Positions 61,586 through 64,000 of a stretch of 64,000 nucleotides of DNA are shown here, piece by piece (the stretch's first letter is position 1; each line of letters starts with the position of its first letter). The DNA is taken from assembly GCF_009914755.1 (NCBI RefSeq), contig NC_060947.1; one strand, written 5' to 3'. The notes beneath the pieces are model-generated. The model worked only from the letters and a program-made list of their open reading frames with translations, searched no databases and was not told the origin of the DNA. This DNA comes from the human T2T-CHM13v2.0 reference genome, Homo sapiens. A program made the position numbers and the translations under genes.

Positions 61586-62499
61586 AGTTCCCAGTGTGTT
61601 AGCTGATGTTGCAGCTATTTCTTTTAGACAGATATAGGGCTAGAATGTGGCACAGGGGGCAATGTCTGGGACACTATGATGTTGTGTAAGGCAGTCAGCA
61701 GCTATATTGAGGTGCTTTTCTACAATGTTGATTTTTCCCAGAGACCATATCTAGAACAGCAACCTAAATGCAACCTAAACTAGAGTCGCCATCCAATTTT
61801 CCATGTCTATCTGTCTTTTACCCATCACAATGCAGAGTTTAGTGGAGATGGATAGGAATTCCCATCCTGCATCTTTAAGTCTCCAATGGTGCTTCCAATC
61901 AGTACGATTGCCCTGGGCTTGTGGTGTTGGTCATAATTGCCTTTCTTGCTATGGAGGGAGGACTCTGGAATCTTCTTCCACTTCCCTTCCTACCATAGGT
62001 TGGGAGCAAAGTTGGCATTTTGCCTGTTGCCGAGCATACACTCAGGATTTGGGATAATTAAGCTCAGGGTGGGCTTGGGGTTCCACTGAGCTTGCCATTA
62101 TGTTGGCACAGATCAAATTCTGTTTAACTTCTTATCCCCATTAAGCCCCACCTCTGACTAATGGGCAACAGAAACACTCTGGTTACCTAGAAATCACTTT
62201 TGGCTCAGCATCCAGAAGGGGTTCAAATGCTGGCCACCAAAGGAAAAATATCCCAAACATCTGCTGCTTTCCTTAGTATTACATTCTCATTTATCTCTTC
62301 AATGATTATTTTCCTTGTCAGGTATTTAGGTCTTACCCCCTACTCTGAGAGCTCTTCATGAGAATACCCATGTACTTTTTGAATATATTGTGTAACCCTG
62401 GATCAGACTTTTACAGAAGCCCCACACATACCTACGATCGAAGCTGCATAGAGAGTTGAGGTTTCATCTGATGATTCAAATCCAATGCCACTACCTTTG

Positions 62500-62797
62500 A
62501 CCATTATTCTAAGTGAAGTAACTCAGGAATGGAAAACTAAACATCATGTATTCTCACTTATCAGTGGGAGCTAAGCTATGAGGACGCAAAGGCATAAGAA
62601 TGATACAATGGACTTTGGAGACTCAGAGGAAAGGGTGGGAAAGGGTGAGGGATAAAAGACTACACATTGGACACAGTAAACACTGCTGGGGTGATGGGTG
62701 CACCAAAATCTCAGAAATCACCAGTAAAGAACTTATTCATGTAACCAAACACCACCTGTTCCCCCAAAAACCTATTGAAATTTTTAAAATCCTTAAA
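62500..62797 (+). mobile_element. 5'-truncated L1PB-type 3' end
   Basis: ccattattctaagtgaagtaactcaggaatgg...gtaaccaaacaccacctgttcccc; TSD core aaatccaatgc on both sides. Confidence 0.82.
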
Positions 62798-63624
62798 AAA
62801 TCCAATGCTTCCACCTTTACAAAGTTGGGTGATATGAATAGTATTTTACATTGTTGTAGCAGGAACCCAAACCACCCCTGGGATGATGTCTATCTACTCA
62901 GAGTTCTCTAAAATGAACTTTTGCTGACAACCCATCTCCTGGGTGAAACGTAAAAAGAATACAATGACTGTTCCCATTGTCTTTTGGTGGCATTTATAAA
63001 GCCCCCACCTGTGGGAGCTTAGTACTAAATGTCATACAAAGCAATGTCAAAAGGCACAGACCCTATTCTCTAAGGGTTATAATTGAAAACGGACCTCTGC
63101 ATTGACCCTGTTGGCCGTGCTAGATGCTGCCTCCAAAAAGTTTCTCTCTGGTCCATGACTCTTAGTGGTAATGCCATTTACACATGGGAAGGAACCAGTC
63201 TTTCTTCTTCCACAAAGCCCTGAGCTTCTGTGATTTTAGCCCCAGCAAAAAGATCTCTAGAGGAATAGGCTGGTGGATGACACACCCTGAATCTGTTCAC
63301 CCTGACCGAGTTGCTTCTTCCCTCTGGGATTCTCTTACCTGATTTCTATACCCACTACCATCCTGCTTTCCGTGGAAAAAAAAATGCTAGCTCGCTGTGG
63401 ACATCCGTCCCTTCCTTGGTTCTGATTGACAGAGATGAGAAAGGCTTTACTTTGAATATATTTAATTGTAATAAAGAAATAAAATAAGAGAAAAACCAGA
63501 ATTGCAATTCAGAAAGACTTGACTAACTCCCAAAGAGCTAAAATTATGTGAAGACAAAAATACATGTATGATAACAACACAGCTTAGCAAGACTAGCTAA
63601 CTCCTGTATAACCATTGCCTTCCA

Positions 63625-64000
63625 TACCTTGTCTTTTGTTATCCATAACAAGCTCCTTTCAATCATACCTGAGTTTATACTAATGAGATGACTTATAGGG
63701 CAGGAGGGCTAAACAGCTTTGGGATGAGGCTAGTTGACAGAAAAGCTAACCACATGACTAGAGAGTTAGAACTCTCTGCTGCATCCCCAACCCCTGGTTG
63801 GGGAAGAGGATCTGGAGATTCAATTCAATCACCAATAGCCAATGAGTGTGTCAATAGTGCTTACATGAAACCTCAGTAAAAACTGGACAATGAGGTTTGG
63901 GGGAACTTCCTGGTCGGTGAATATATCAATGTACTGGGAGGGTGGCATGCCTCATCTTTCTGGGAACAGAGGCTTCTGTGCTCAGGGTCCTTCCAGACCT
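63625..64000 (+). mobile_element. MER21C-like ERV LTR, runs off the window end
   Basis: cctgagtttatactaatgagatgac...ttcaatcaccaatagccaatg...tgggagggtggcatgcc. Confidence 0.65.

Overview
Human (primate) genomic DNA from Xp22.2. Bases ~1-24,250 hold the 3' end of CLCN4 (endosomal 2Cl-/H+ exchanger ClC-4) on the + strand. Its last three coding exons (239-637, 7244-7460, 20083-20173) splice in frame to give the C-terminal 235 aa (helices P-R, CBS1, CBS2, ending ...QDPESIMFN), followed by a ~4 kb 3'UTR with proximal and distal poly(A) signals. The remaining ~40 kb is repeat-rich intergenic DNA (Alu, L1, MER20, MER58, MER5A, MER2, MaLR/ERVL/ERV1 solo LTRs, MIR, L2, microsatellites). Nearly all other ORFs in the track are repeat-derived or chance. 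I find no prokaryote-type system (CRISPR, operon, RNA gene) and no clearly new gene. The best leads are a candidate 79-nt poison exon in the CLCN4 intron, a possible antisense terminal exon built from two transposons, inverted repeats flanking the penultimate exon, a MADE1 hairpin, a 74-bp perfect microsatellite palindrome, alternative polyadenylation, two twin-primed inverted L1s and a MER20 cluster. Repeat subfamily names come from remembered consensus sequences, and their boundaries are approximate.
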